Assembly (NCBI GenBank): GCA_963758525.1
Contig: CAVWVQ010000003.1
Span: forward strand, 4,544,001-4,608,000
Direction: 5' to 3'
Origin: an uncultured Phycisphaerales bacterium
GTDB taxonomy: Bacteria > Planctomycetota > Phycisphaerae > Tepidisphaerales > Tepidisphaeraceae
Length of the DNA: 64,000 nucleotides
In this document: piece by piece, positions 19,113 to 29,652 of the stretch
How positions within the stretch are numbered: the stretch's first letter is position 1
How the letters are laid out: the number at the start of each line of letters is the position of its first letter
The notes under the pieces: model-generated
Databases searched by the model: none
Told to the model about the DNA's origin: nothing
Seen by the model: only the letters and a program-made list of their open reading frames with translations
Program-made: the position numbers and the translations under genes

Positions 19113-20357
19113 TCACTTCATCACCAAGGTGATCTGCTGATGCAGCGCCGGAATAGTCGCGATGAACGCGATCGCGATGCCGCTGGACTTATCGTAGATG
19201 TATTGCGTTGATGGGTTTTGCGGACCGGCAGATTCGGTAAGCGCCACCACGTCGCGGCCGCGCGGGCTCTTGCCGACGAAACTGATGGTTTCGACGTATT
19301 TCGTCTCTGGATCGCGATCGATTTCCTGGCCCTGCTGAAGTTTGTCCAGTTCCGTCGGATCAATGAAGGGCGGCATCAGCTCGTTGGGAGCGGCCACGCG
19401 CTCGAACGCGGAGGTGAGCGGGGGAGCACTGGGGCCGAGGTTGTATTCTCCGATCGTTACCTTCAACGGCACGATATCCGGCGAGCGATCGTGCGGGACG
19501 AGCTCCGCCACCATCGGGATCGTCGTCGTCACGCCGCCCATGGAGATGACGCGTGCGCCCTGATAATTCAGCCGGTCGGCATCAGCCGCGCGAGGCAGAT
19601 GCGCATCCGCCCATGGCACATGCGTCTGGCGGAGCGAGACGAAAGTAGACTGGGTGAGAATCGTGTCGTTGTTCCCCTGTTCGATAATTTGGCCGTCGCG
19701 GACGATGTGGCCGCCGCCCAGTGACGCGGTGGATGAGTGCAGCAGCAGGCCCGTTTCCAGATCGTAGATTGAATAATTCCAGCTCGTGGGCGATCGCACG
19801 GAGAAGGCAATCGCGTGATATGTTTTATGGCCGACTTGATAATCCTGGTGGTATATGGCGGCGGTGTCATTCACCGCATCCCGCTGGATGTTCAGGATTC
19901 CCGGGTCGATCCACGTGTCGCCTCCGCGGCCTGGCGGGACAATTTCGCCGGTGACGATTGGGGCGAGAAAAAGCGCATTGGGAGCCGGCCGCGTGTAGGC
20001 GTGCTCGTCCAGCACCACGGCGTTATCGCGCACGGCGGCGACGTCGAGCTTGAGGAACGTGTAGGCAGAGATTCCGCTCTGCGGGATTTCGTCAAAGCGC
20101 CGCCCGCTGCGGCGGTGCACGAAGCATCCATTCTGGTCGCGCACGAGTTCGTCGAACCCGCCGCGGATCAGCGCGGAGCATTGATAATAAGTGAGGCGGA
20201 TCCCCGGCTTGAGCCAGCCGGGCTTATGCGCCTTATCGAAGCCCGTCAGCGCTTTGCTCACGTCTTCTGCCGGCGGGTTCTCAGCGCGGACGGCGGCGAC
20301 GGATCCCATTACAACGGCCAGAGTGAATCTCAACACCGGCAATGTTCGGAGACTCAT
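19113..20357 (-). CDS. Secreted hypothetical protein (in-frame with the upstream kinase in this assembly)
   Basis: Has its own RBS (GGGAG), ATG at 20357 and signal peptide MSLRTLPVLRFTLAVVMGSVAAVRA-EN; beta-rich body (PGWLKPGIRLTYY, YDLETGLLL). Confidence 0.65.
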   Translation of the reverse strand: MSLRTLPVLRFTLAVVMGSVAAVRAENPPAEDVSKALTGFDKAHKPGWLKPGIRLTYYQCSALIRGGFDELVRDQNGCFVHRRSGRRFDEIPQSGISAYTFLKLDVAAVRDNAVVLDEHAYTRPAPNALFLAPIVTGEIVPPGRGGDTWIDPGILNIQRDAVNDTAAIYHQDYQVGHKTYHAIAFSVRSPTSWNYSIYDLETGLLLHSSTASLGGGHIVRDGQIIEQGNNDTILTQSTFVSLRQTHVPWADAHLPRAADADRLNYQGARVISMGGVTTTIPMVAELVPHDRSPDIVPLKVTIGEYNLGPSAPPLTSAFERVAAPNELMPPFIDPTELDKLQQGQEIDRDPETKYVETISFVGKSPRGRDVVALTESAGPQNPSTQYIYDKSSGIAIAFIATIPALHQQITLVMK

Positions 20358-22675
20358 CGGATGACTCCCAAAAGAGGGACGGGGCGCTGATTGCGGCGGC
20401 GCATCGTTGCGAATTTGACAGAGCGCGCGAAACCCATAAATCGGCAGATCGGGGTTCTGATCCGTCTTTCCGTTGCGGTAGGCAGAGGCGCATTGCTCGG
20501 CCGGGCTGTTCCAGCATCCGCCGCGGGCAACATGTGTCGCGCCGTCAGAGGCGCCGGTGGGATCGATCATCGCTTTTTTCAGATCGAAATCCGGAGAGTA
20601 AAAATCTGAGCACCATTCCCAGACGCTGCCTTGCATGTCATACAGGCCCCACGCGTTGGGCTCATATCCGCCACGAGGTTCCAGCGGGCGTTGTTGGAGT
20701 CTGGGATGCGGCCCAGGCGCCGAACCCGGCGGCGGCCGCTCCGGGGGCTGATCGTTTTGGCGATTAGGACGGATCATCGCCAGGTTCAATTTCTTCCCGA
20801 AGTTTGCCTGCCCCGCTTTAAGCGTGTCCCCATAGGCAAAGCGCGTCGTCGTGCCCGCGCGGCACGCGTACTCCCATTCGGCCTCGGTTGGCAGTCGATA
20901 GACTCGCCCGGCGCGCTTTTCCTCAGGCAGTTCGCTGAGCCGCTGACAGAAATCGTTCGCGTCGTCCCAAGTCACTCCGGCGACCGGAAGTTCGCCGTGG
21001 GTCGCGCGATCCGCGGCCTCAGCGCCCATGACGGCCTTGAATTCCCTCTGCGAAACTTCGTAAACGCCCATGTAAAACGGCTGGGTCAGCGTCACCTTGT
21101 GGCGCGGCGCATCCGGCAACGCATCATCGCCCATTGTGAAAGTTCCCGGTGAGATCAGACGAAGCTTCATCGAAACTGAATTGGTGATGTTGCGCTCCAT
21201 CTGCGGGTCGTTCCGCCAGGGGCTCCGCGGCGCCGGCGGAATTGCCGGCGGCAAGCTTTCAACGGGAGGCGCGGACGCGGGAACAACTGGCGGCGGCGAA
21301 GCAGCCGGGGAATCGGGCGGGGGCGACGGGACGCGAGCGACGATCGGAGCGGGAGGAGCCGTATTCGCGATGTGCGCGTCCCCCTGTGCGGGTTGGGATG
21401 CGGCGCTTGCCGGAGCGGAAACAGCTGGATTCGGCACGGGGGCAACGGCGGGGGCTCCAGACGACGGAGCTTGGGCAGCATCGCTCGTTGGCGCCGTATC
21501 ACTGGTGTCTGGAGGCTGCAGCGTTGATGCGTTTGGCTCTCGGACCGGCGATCGCGTGAACTGATAGGTAAGCAGGGCGACGATGGCAAGCACAACTGCG
21601 CCGCCCGCGACGATGAGCCATTTCAACCAGGGCGGGTTGCCGCTGTTCACCGGAAACATTGGCGGCGGGATGACCTCATTTTCCGCCGACGGCATGATTC
21701 CTTCGAGCATCGAAAGCGCAGATGCGGGCTCGGGATTGGTGATCGTCATCCCGCTGAGGACGGCACGAATGTCGGCGAGAAAGTCGCGCGCGGATTGATA
21801 GCGGTCTGCGGGATTCTTTGCCAATGCACGGGTCAATATCGCGACGCAGTCGTCGGGAACGTCCGATGCCATGGCGCGGGGATCGGGAATCGGCGCCGAG
21901 CAATGCGCGAACATCACCTGCATGCTGCTGGCCGCCTCGAAAGGGGGCCGCGTGGTCAGCATGGAATAGTAAGTGCATCCGAGCGAATAGAGATCGCTGC
22001 GGGAATCGACCTTGTCGCCCCGGCATTGCTCGGGCGACATGAACGCGGGCGTGCCGATGATTGCGCCCGGCTGTGTCTGGGCGACCGCCCGGGACTGTCA
22101 ATTTTCGCCAGTCCGAAATCCGCGATCTTCACGTGCCCGTCGGCCGTCAGCAGCAGATTGGCCGGCTTGATGTCGCGATGGATCAGGCCAATATCGTGCG
22201 CCGCCATCAGCGCCTTGCACGCCTCGCCCACCAGGCGGGTCGCGGCGCGCCAGCCGGGAGAGCCTTTCTTCGTCAGGTAATTTTGAACGCTTCCGCCGGT
22301 CACGCGCTCCATGACGATGGCGTATCCTCCGTCGTCGATCTCAACGACTTCGTAAATCGTGACGACGTGCGGATGGTTGAGTGCGCCCGCCGCTCGCGCC
22401 TCGCCGAGGAAGCGGTTGAGCGTCGGCCGATCGCGCACCAATTCAGCGGGTAGAATCTTGATGGCAACGTCGCGCTTGATCAACGCGTCTTTCGCCGCGT
22501 AAACCGAACCCATTCCTCCGTGGCCAAGAATCCCGGCAACGCGGTACTTGCCGATCATCGCCCCCAGCTTCAGTGCGCGCTCCGCCTGCGGGGCTGGCGC
22601 CGGACCTTTGGAAGGATCAGAAAAATCTGCCGTAACCGCTGGGGCGGAGGATGGCGGCTTCGAAGGAGGAGGCAT
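20358..22675 (-). CDS. Hanks-type Ser/Thr kinase + TM + Pro-rich linker + FGE-sulfatase (SUMF1) domain; -1 frameshift near 22092
   Basis: LGHGGMGSVY, VAIKIL, HRDIKPANLL, DFGLAK, GTPAFMSPEQ, SDLYSLG; then YRLPTEAEWEYACRAG, PNAWGLYDMQGSVWEWC, RGGCW, GFR. One G is missing in a GGGG run. Confidence 0.9.
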
Positions 22676-22868
22676 AACGACGTCTCGGAAGGAGGCGCAA
22701 GAAGCGAGGCAGTCTTACAACTGTCGGATTTACGCGTCAAGCGGCGAGTCCGCCCGATCCCGGCCAGCGCCGGCCGGCGTGTGTCACACTTTCGGCGGCG
22801 CTCCCGAACGCTTCGCTACGCGTCGCGGCTAACCCGCGGAGGGAGATTCTGTCCGGGTGCGCTGGGCA

Positions 22869-23429
22869 TCACGTGCTGCCTACGTTTCCCGTATCAACTT
22901 TGATGACGCCCGCCTGTCGCTTCACCGCGATCACGCGCTGCTCGAGCGTTTTGAAAAGGGCCTGGCTGTTGGGGATGCTGGGGATGACCAGCATCGGCGT
23001 GGTGGGGTGTTTGGAAAGGACGGTGATGGTGCCTACGCCCAGGAGCCGCGACCAGAGGGATTGGTGAAAGCGGAGATCCTCGACGTGCCAGAGTTCGAGG
23101 GTGTCGATGTTGCGCGAGAGCAGGCCGCGTTCGAAATCGATCCGGTAGTTGGTGATTCGGAAGCGATACCGTTTGGCTTGCAGCCAGGGGATGCACAGGA
23201 GCAGCAAGCCAATGATGATCATCGCGAAGTTGAAGGAAAACGCCAGCCATTCGCCGTGCTCGTAGCGAATGGCGATGGGGATGGCGATGAGCACGATGCC
23301 GGCCACGAGCCAGAGAAAACCTTTGACCAGCTCGCCTCGCAGAAGTGGGGAGCCTTCGAAGTAGACTTCTTCGGCGTCGCCGGCGGGACGGTGGGGACGG
23401 TCGTCAGCGGGAGGTGTGATCTGCGTCAT
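22869..23429 (-). CDS. Membrane protein with bacterial PH domain (bPH_2)
   Basis: Two TM helices, then YRFRITNYRIDFERGLLSRNIDTLELWHVEDLRFHQSLWSRLLGVGTI. Confidence 0.85.
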   Translation of the reverse strand: MTQITPPADDRPHRPAGDAEEVYFEGSPLLRGELVKGFLWLVAGIVLIAIPIAIRYEHGEWLAFSFNFAMIIIGLLLLCIPWLQAKRYRFRITNYRIDFERGLLSRNIDTLELWHVEDLRFHQSLWSRLLGVGTITVLSKHPTTPMLVIPSIPNSQALFKTLEQRVIAVKRQAGVIKVDTGNVGST

Positions 23430-23845
23430 TGCGTCTCCGGGGAATTGGAAAGGTCGAGCAGGTGCTTCCACATCTTTTCGGGGACGGGAACAACGCTGAG
23501 CCGGCTGATGCGGAGCAGGTCCCAGCCGGCGAATATTTTGTCGGCGCGGATTTCGTCAAGATGCACGGCCCGATCGAGCTTGCGCTTCGGCTTGAGATCG
23601 ACAACAACGAGCTTGTCGTCCTCCTCCCTCGGATCGGGATAGGGATCGCTGACGATCTGCGCAAGGCCGATGGCGGCGCGTTCCCCGCCGGTGTGGTAGA
23701 TGACCGCGTCGTCGCCTTTTTTCATCGAACGGATGTGCTTCAGGGCAGCGTTGTTGGCAACGCCATCCCACGCGGTGCGTTTGTCGCGGGCCAGATCGCT
23801 CCACGCGTAGCATTCCGGCTCGGTCTTGAGCAGCCAGTGCGCCAT
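23426..23845 (-). CDS. EVE domain protein
   Basis: HWLLKTEP, WDGVANNAALKHIRSMKKGD, YHTG, YPDP, RLSVVPV. Confidence 0.92.
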   Translation of the reverse strand: MAHWLLKTEPECYAWSDLARDKRTAWDGVANNAALKHIRSMKKGDDAVIYHTGGERAAIGLAQIVSDPYPDPREEDDKLVVVDLKPKRKLDRAVHLDEIRADKIFAGWDLLRISRLSVVPVPEKMWKHLLDLSNSPETQ

Positions 23846-24240
23846 CACGCTCCTGCAATGCCGCTGAGCTTTGGTCCGGCTGCCGGGGCAGCGGCAGGCG
23901 TTTCGGAGAGCGGGCGCTGGATCGTCTGGGTGATTTTGCGGAGCAGATCGACGAACTCCACCTGGGCCATGTTGAGGGCTTTGATCTTGATGTGGGAGAC
24001 GATCTTGTTCTGCAGCGCCTCGATGGTGTGCTGCTGCGCATCAGTCGGCGCGATGCCGGCCTGGCGCTGGCGGGTGATCGTGTCCACCTGGCGATCGAGC
24101 TCGCCGAGCAGGCGCGTTGCTTCGGCGTCGTCCTCCACCGATTTGCGCGCCTGCTTGTAGCGGATGATCGCCGGGTGCTGGAGAAGAAGCTCGCCGATTT
24201 TGGCGGCTTCATCGAGAATCTGCTGTGTATCTACGGGCAT
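23845..24240 (-). CDS. YlbF/YmcA-family regulator
   Basis: Helical protein: ILDEAAKIGELLLQHPAIIRYKQA...IKALNMAQVEFVDLLRKITQTI. Confidence 0.75.
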   Translation of the reverse strand: MPVDTQQILDEAAKIGELLLQHPAIIRYKQARKSVEDDAEATRLLGELDRQVDTITRQRQAGIAPTDAQQHTIEALQNKIVSHIKIKALNMAQVEFVDLLRKITQTIQRPLSETPAAAPAAGPKLSGIAGA

Positions 24241-24433
24241 GGGTTTCCTTGTTTGAAGCCGCTACTATATTGCAACTGGAGATCGCGGCAAGCGGAAGGT
24301 GCATCACTGTCGTTTCGCGCTGGCCCCTCTCCCGCTGCTCCGGGAAAGGGCAGAGGGGCGGGGGTGCCGCGCAGAGACGTCATGCACTCGCCAGCGAAGC
24401 AATCCCGCGCAAGTCATTGCGCCACCCGATGAA

Positions 24434-25449
24434 ATGGACCGATATCATCGACAGGTTCTGCTCCCTCAAATCGGCGCGGCTGCGCAGGCCGCGTTGGCAC
24501 GCTCGCGTGCGGTGCTCGTTGGCTGCGGCGCGCTGGGGTGCGCACTGGCCGACCAGCTCGTTCGAGCGGGCATCGGGCATCTGCGCATCGTCGACCGTGA
24601 TGTTGTCGAAATGACAAACCTGCAGCGTCAGGTTTTGTTTGATGAGTCGGATGCCGCGCGCGCTCTGCCGAAAGCGGTGGTGGCGGCAACCCGATTGGCG
24701 CAGTCAACAGCGAAGTGACGATCGAGCCAATGGTCGCGGATCTGCACGCGGCCAACGCGGAGGAAATCACCAGCAGCGACCTGATCCTCGACGGCACCGA
24801 CAGCGCCGAAACGCGCTATCTGCTCAATGACGTCGCGGTGAAACGCGGTTTACCGTGGGTGTACGGCGCTTGCGTGGGAGTGGAAGGCCGGATGATGGTC
24901 GTGCGACCCGGGAAGACACCCTGCCTGAGATGCCTGTTTCCGACCCCGCCGGCGCCGGGAACCTTGCTGACTTGCGACACCGCGGGAATCCTGGGGCCGG
25001 TTGCGGCGATGGTCGCATCGGCGCAGGCAATCGCGGCGATTCAGCTTCTCATCGGCGCGGATGCTCCCAATCAGCTCGTGACAATCGACGGATGGCGCGG
25101 CCGCTGGCACGCGACGCCGTTGGATGGACCGCGCGCGGGATGCCCGGCATGCGGACAGCGAAACTTCGCGTTTCTCGCGGACCGGGCGCGGCCGCCGGTG
25201 GCGCTGTGCGGGCGCAATGCGGTGCAGGTGCAGCCGGCCAGCGGCGCTGCCGCATTTGATTTAGATGCAGTCGCGGAAAAATTGCGACGCGTCGGCGCCG
25301 TGGAGCACACGCCGTATCTGCTGCGTTGCGGACTGGAAGGTTCATCCGACATTCGTCTGACGCTGTTTACCGACGGACGCATGATCGTCCATGGGACGAC
25401 GGATCTGGAGCGTGCGCGGTCGGTCTATGCGCGGTACGTCGGCGTTTGA
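24434..25449 (+). CDS. ThiF/MoeB-family E1-like adenylyltransferase; -1 frameshift near 24703
   Basis: DRYHRQ, VGCGALG, DRDVVEMTNLQRQ, DGTDS, PCLRC, TCDTAG, CPAC, LCGRNAVQ. CAG(G)TC restores the frame. Confidence 0.9.
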
Positions 25450-25491
25450 TCCAGCGCCATTTGAAAATCTCCGCTGCCTTCACTAGGGTTT

Positions 25492-26460
25492 GTGGGAATT
25501 ATCGTGATTGAGCTCTCCGAACAGGCTGTTTCGCGGTCGAAGAGCGTGTTGCAGCTTATCGGCAACACGCCCTTGCTTTCGTTTCGGCGCATTAGCGAAA
25601 CCGTGGCTCCTGTCGAGGTGTATGCGAAAGCTGAATGGTATAACCCCGGCGGGAGCATCAAAGACCGCGCCGCCCTGAGCATGATTCTCGACGGCGAGCG
25701 CCGCGGGTTGCTGACGAAGGACAAAACCATCGTCGACGCAACCAGCGGAAACACCGGCATCGCCTACGCGATGATCGCCGCCGAGCGCGGCTACCACGTG
25801 AAGCTCGCGCTGCCAAAAAACGCCAGCCCGGAGCGCAAGCAGTGCCTGCTCGCATACGGCGCGGAGCTGATGCTCACGGATCCCACGGGCGGGACGGATG
25901 GGGCGCAGCGATTTGTCAAATCGATCGTCGAAGCCAACCCCGATCGTTACTTTTATCCCGACCAATACAACAACGACGCCAACTGGAAGGCGCACTACGA
26001 GACGACGGCGATGGAGATCTGGCGCCAGACGGAGGGGCGCATCACGCACTTCGTCACCGGCTTGGGGACCAGCGGCACGTTCATGGGTGTCACGCGAAGA
26101 CTCAAGGAGCTGAATCCCTCAATTACTTGCATCAGCATGCAACCCGACGGGCCGCTGCACGGCCTCGAAGGGCTCAAGCATATGCCGACGGCTTTGGTTC
26201 CGGGGATTTATCATCCGGAGGTTGCCGACGAGCAGATCACGGTGGCGACGGAAGACGCGCAGCAGATGGTGCTCCGCCTGGCGCGCGAAGCGGGATTGCT
26301 CGTTGGCGTCTCCTCCGGCGCGAACCTGTTCGCTGCGATGACCGTCGCCGCAAAATTGAAGCAAGGCGTGATCGTCACTATTTTCTGCGACTCGGCGGCG
26401 AAATATATGTCGGAAAGCTTCTGGACCGACGCCCAGGCCGAAGCGGAGAACTGGCCATGA
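25492..26460 (+). CDS. cysM: Cysteine synthase B / sulfur-carrier-dependent CysM-type
   Basis: KAEWYNPGGSIKDRAA, DATSGNTG, GLGTSGT, GVSSGAN, C-terminal ENWP; ATGA overlap with mec. Confidence 0.8.
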   Translation: MGIIVIELSEQAVSRSKSVLQLIGNTPLLSFRRISETVAPVEVYAKAEWYNPGGSIKDRAALSMILDGERRGLLTKDKTIVDATSGNTGIAYAMIAAERGYHVKLALPKNASPERKQCLLAYGAELMLTDPTGGTDGAQRFVKSIVEANPDRYFYPDQYNNDANWKAHYETTAMEIWRQTEGRITHFVTGLGTSGTFMGVTRRLKELNPSITCISMQPDGPLHGLEGLKHMPTALVPGIYHPEVADEQITVATEDAQQMVLRLAREAGLLVGVSSGANLFAAMTVAAKLKQGVIVTIFCDSAAKYMSESFWTDAQAEAENWP

Positions 26461-26888
26461 AGGCGTTGGTGCTGTCCGAGAAGATTGCCCGGCAGATTGA
26501 GGCCGAAGGTTCGGCGGCGTTTCCCAACGAATGCTGCGGGATGCTGATCGGCAGCGAGTCGGAGGCGTGCCGCGTTGTCGAACGGATTGAGCCGGCGGAT
26601 AACGCGTTCGCGTCCGATGAGCAGTACCATCGCTTCTCGATTCATCCGCTCCAGCAGCTTAAGGCCGAGCGCCGGGCGTCGAATGAAGGAAAGGTCCTGA
26701 TCGGCTTTTATCACAGCCATCCGGATCACCCGGCCCGCCCCAGCGAGTATGATCGCGAGCATGCGTGGGAGACGTTCAGTTACGTGATTGTGGAAATTCG
26801 GTCCGGCCGGCCGGGCGAAATGACGAGTTGGGTGCTCGCCGCGGAAACGCGGACATTCGGTCAGCAGAAGATTGTCGTGGAAGCCTGA
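26457..26888 (+). CDS. mec: M67/JAB (MPN+) metallopeptidase, Mec-like
   Basis: [11 protein letters not shown] and [21 protein letters not shown] motif. Confidence 0.88.
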   Translation: MKALVLSEKIARQIEAEGSAAFPNECCGMLIGSESEACRVVERIEPADNAFASDEQYHRFSIHPLQQLKAERRASNEGKVLIGFYHSHPDHPARPSEYDREHAWETFSYVIVEIRSGRPGEMTSWVLAAETRTFGQQKIVVEA

Positions 26889-26943
26889 TGGCGGAACACG
26901 AGGAGACTGGACAAACAATTTCGGAAAACAGCGAGGTGTTCTC

Positions 26944-27912
26944 ATGCCGCTTAAACCACATGGCCGAATCTTTAACGACATCACCGAAACCATCGGCGGC
27001 ACGCCGCTGGTGCGTATCAATCGATTGATCCCAAAGGATCACGCGACCGTGCTCGTCAAATGCGAGTTTTTCAACCCGCTGAGCAGCGTGAAAGACCGCA
27101 TCGGAGTGGCCATGATCGAGGCCGCCGAGCGCGACCACAAAATCACGCACGAAACGGTGATCGTCGAGCCGACCAGCGGCAACACCGGCATCGCGCTGGC
27201 GTTTGTCTGCGCGGCCAAGGGATACAAGCTGATCCTGACCATGCCCGAATCCATGAGCATCGAGCGTCGGCGTCTGCTGGCGGCGTTGGGGGCGCAGGTC
27301 GTGCTGACTCCCGCGGCCGAGGGAATGCGCGGCGCGATCAACAGGGCCACCGACATTCTCAAGGAACACAAGAACAGCTTTATGCCGCAGCAATTTGAGA
27401 ATCCCGCGAATCCGGAAATTCATCGCAAGACCACTGCCGAGGAAATCTGGGCCGACACCAATGGACAGGTGGACATTCTCGTTGCCGGTGTCGGCACCGG
27501 CGGAACGATCACCGGCGTGGCGGAAGTGATCAAGCCGCGCAAACCCAGCTTCAAGGCGATCGCGGTTGAACCGCTGGCATCGCCGGTGATCACGCAGACG
27601 ATGAATCATGAACCGGTGAAGCCTGGGAAGCATAAGGTGCAGGGGATCGGCGCGGGGTTCGTGCCGGAGAATCTGCACACGGCGATCGTTGACGAAGTCA
27701 TCAAGATCACCGACGAGGAGGCTTTTGCCTGGGCCCGCCGGCTGGCGAAAGAAGAGGGAATCTTCGGCGGCATCAGCAGCGGCGGCAATATCGCCGCCGC
27801 CGCGAAGGTCGCCGCCCGTCCCGAAAACAAGGGGAAGATGATTGTCACCGTGATGTGCAGCTTTGGCGAGCGTTATCTCAGCACACCGTTGTTCGATGAG
27901 GAAGCGCCATAA
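26944..27912 (+). CDS. cysK: Cysteine synthase A
   Basis: [51 protein letters not shown]. Confidence 0.95.
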   Translation: MPLKPHGRIFNDITETIGGTPLVRINRLIPKDHATVLVKCEFFNPLSSVKDRIGVAMIEAAERDHKITHETVIVEPTSGNTGIALAFVCAAKGYKLILTMPESMSIERRRLLAALGAQVVLTPAAEGMRGAINRATDILKEHKNSFMPQQFENPANPEIHRKTTAEEIWADTNGQVDILVAGVGTGGTITGVAEVIKPRKPSFKAIAVEPLASPVITQTMNHEPVKPGKHKVQGIGAGFVPENLHTAIVDEVIKITDEEAFAWARRLAKEEGIFGGISSGGNIAAAAKVAARPENKGKMIVTVMCSFGERYLSTPLFDEEAP

Positions 27913-27928
27913 GCGCATCCAGCACCGT

Positions 27929-28282
27929 TCATGCCGTTCGTCGAACCGCACCCTCCTTCATTATCCGCAGCAGACCGTGGGCGACCATCTCCGATCGCTT
28001 GAGCTTGTGCTGCCTGGCGAACGCATCCGCTTTTTCCAAGAGGCCTCGCTCGATGCTCACTGTGAGGATTTTCGCACCGCGTCCGATCTTCGGGCGGCCG
28101 CGCAGACGTTTTTGGATCTTGTCCCATCGTTTGCGCTGCGCTGGCGTCAGGGGCTTGCCTGGCAGGCCGTCGGCATCCAAAGGCAGCGGTTTGTCAAATC
28201 GTGCGACTTCGGCCTCCTTCTCCGCATCAGACAGGGAGAGAAATCGTTCAACAGGGTCGAGCTTGAGTTTCCTTTTTTTCAT
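27929..28282 (-). CDS. Antitoxin with C-terminal RHH-like domain, copy 2
   Basis: LPGKPLT...GRPKIGRGAKILTVSIERGLLEKADAFARQHKLKRSEMV; paralog of 17181-17498. Confidence 0.8.
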   Translation of the reverse strand: MKKRKLKLDPVERFLSLSDAEKEAEVARFDKPLPLDADGLPGKPLTPAQRKRWDKIQKRLRGRPKIGRGAKILTVSIERGLLEKADAFARQHKLKRSEMVAHGLLRIMKEGAVRRTA

Positions 28283-28293
28283 GGTGTGCGCCT

Positions 28294-28546
28294 TTATCTG
28301 CGTCGCCGCGTGGTGAGCGGCATTGCATGAATGATAAATAATCTGTTATCGGAACTGACGACGTATGTATATCACGCGGACAAATCGATCTCCCTGGCCG
28401 CGCCCTTCAACTAGCCATTTATCGTCGCCCATATCGCGCGGATATGGTCGCGACGCGTTCCGCACGACCGTTTGCGCCTCTACCACCGACACGCCGTGTC
28501 GCGTCGCATGGTCGAGATTCCATCGGTTCCATCTGAATTGCTTCAC
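28294..28546 (-). CDS. BrnT-like toxin, copy 2; disrupted by a 4-bp tandem duplication
   Basis: MKQFRWNRWNLDHATRHGVSVVEAQTV...VEGRGQGDRFVRVIY. Removing one ATAC from ATACATAC restores VVSSDNRLFIIHAMPLTTRRRR*. Confidence 0.8.
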
Positions 28547-28740
28547 GCGATTATATTATGTAACTTAATGGGGGAAAATGCAACAGCTTGTTCCGGACGA
28601 AGGCGGCGGCTCGGCCGTGTCACAATCTCGCCCTCGATTTATTCAATCGAAGGCTTCCCGCCTCGCGCTTCCCGCCCCGCGCTCTTTCCCAATTGTCGCG
28701 GCTCCGATATGTTCTCTCCCGAACTCAACAAAAAGGAACC

Positions 28741-29367
28741 ATGTCCACGCAGATCAAGTCCACGAATATCACCTGGCACGAAGGGTCCGTGACCCGCGCC
28801 GAGCGCGAGCAACTGCTGAATCAGAAGGGCGTCACCGTCTGGATGACAGGTCTCTCGGCCAGCGGCAAGTCGACCATCGCAGTCATCGTCGAGCAGATGC
28901 TCCTGCACAAGAACAAGCACGCGTATCGACTGGATGGCGACAACATTCGTCACGGCCTGAACAAGAACCTCGGGTTCAGCGCCGAGGATCGTGCCGAGAA
29001 CATCCGCCGGATCGGGGAAGTCGCCAGACTGTTCACCGATGCCGGCGTCATCGCGATTACCAGCTTCATCAGTCCCTACAAGAAGGACCGCGACGCGGTC
29101 CGCGCGAGCATGAAACCCGGCGAGTTTGTCGAGGTGTACATCAACGTCACCGTTGAAGGTGCCGAGAAGCGCGATCCCAAGGGGCTGTATAAAAAGGCTC
29201 GCGCAGCGGTGGCCGCCGGGAAAGGCATGGGATTCACCGGGATCGACGATCCGTACGAAGCGCCCGACAAGCCCGAGATCACGATCGACACCGAAAGCCT
29301 GGCTGCGGAGGATGCGGCAGCGCGCATCGTCGCTTATCTCGAAACCGGTGGATATTTGAAGGCGTAA
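28741..29367 (+). CDS. cysC: Adenylyl-sulfate kinase
   Basis: WMTGLSASGKST, LDGDNIRHGL, ENIRRIGE, FISPY, RDPKGLY, FTGIDDPYEAP. Confidence 0.97.
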   Translation: MSTQIKSTNITWHEGSVTRAEREQLLNQKGVTVWMTGLSASGKSTIAVIVEQMLLHKNKHAYRLDGDNIRHGLNKNLGFSAEDRAENIRRIGEVARLFTDAGVIAITSFISPYKKDRDAVRASMKPGEFVEVYINVTVEGAEKRDPKGLYKKARAAVAAGKGMGFTGIDDPYEAPDKPEITIDTESLAAEDAAARIVAYLETGGYLKA

Positions 29368-29454
29368 TCGTGGCACGCGCGGCGCCGGCGTCCCACGCGT
29401 CCCGCCGGTTTCAGTGACGCGGGAGTTGAGAAGAGCCCGGAATTGCTTTCCTGC

Positions 29455-29581
29455 CTCCTCCCCTCGTACCCGGGGGGAGGAATGAGGTGGGGGGCGGGAA
29501 GTGAGAAATCGCTACGGTAAGCGGCCCGCGGCCCCGAGCAACCCCCACCCCGACCCTCCCCCGGATTACCAGGAAGGGGGG
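29455..29581. repeat. Inverted pair of CCCTCCCC-family hairpins
   Basis: CTCCTCCCCTCGTACCCGGGGGGAGG...CCCCCACCCCGACCCTCCCCCGGATTACCAGGAAGGGGG between convergent genes. Confidence 0.8.
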
Positions 29582-29652
29582 AATACTCGCAGCACTCAAA
29601 GTTACACGCTCCCGGGAAAACGGGCACGCTGGCCCGTTGTTAGCCGGCAGAT

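Noticed and set aside
20410..20540. FGE-sulfatase C-terminus as a DGR variable region
   Set aside because: No template repeat differing at adenines and no reverse transcriptase seen in the window.
24434..26888. E1 + JAB as a CBASS/Bil-type ubiquitin-like antiphage system
   Set aside because: No E2, CD-NTase or Ubl; the genes are interleaved with cysteine synthases, which fits sulfur metabolism.
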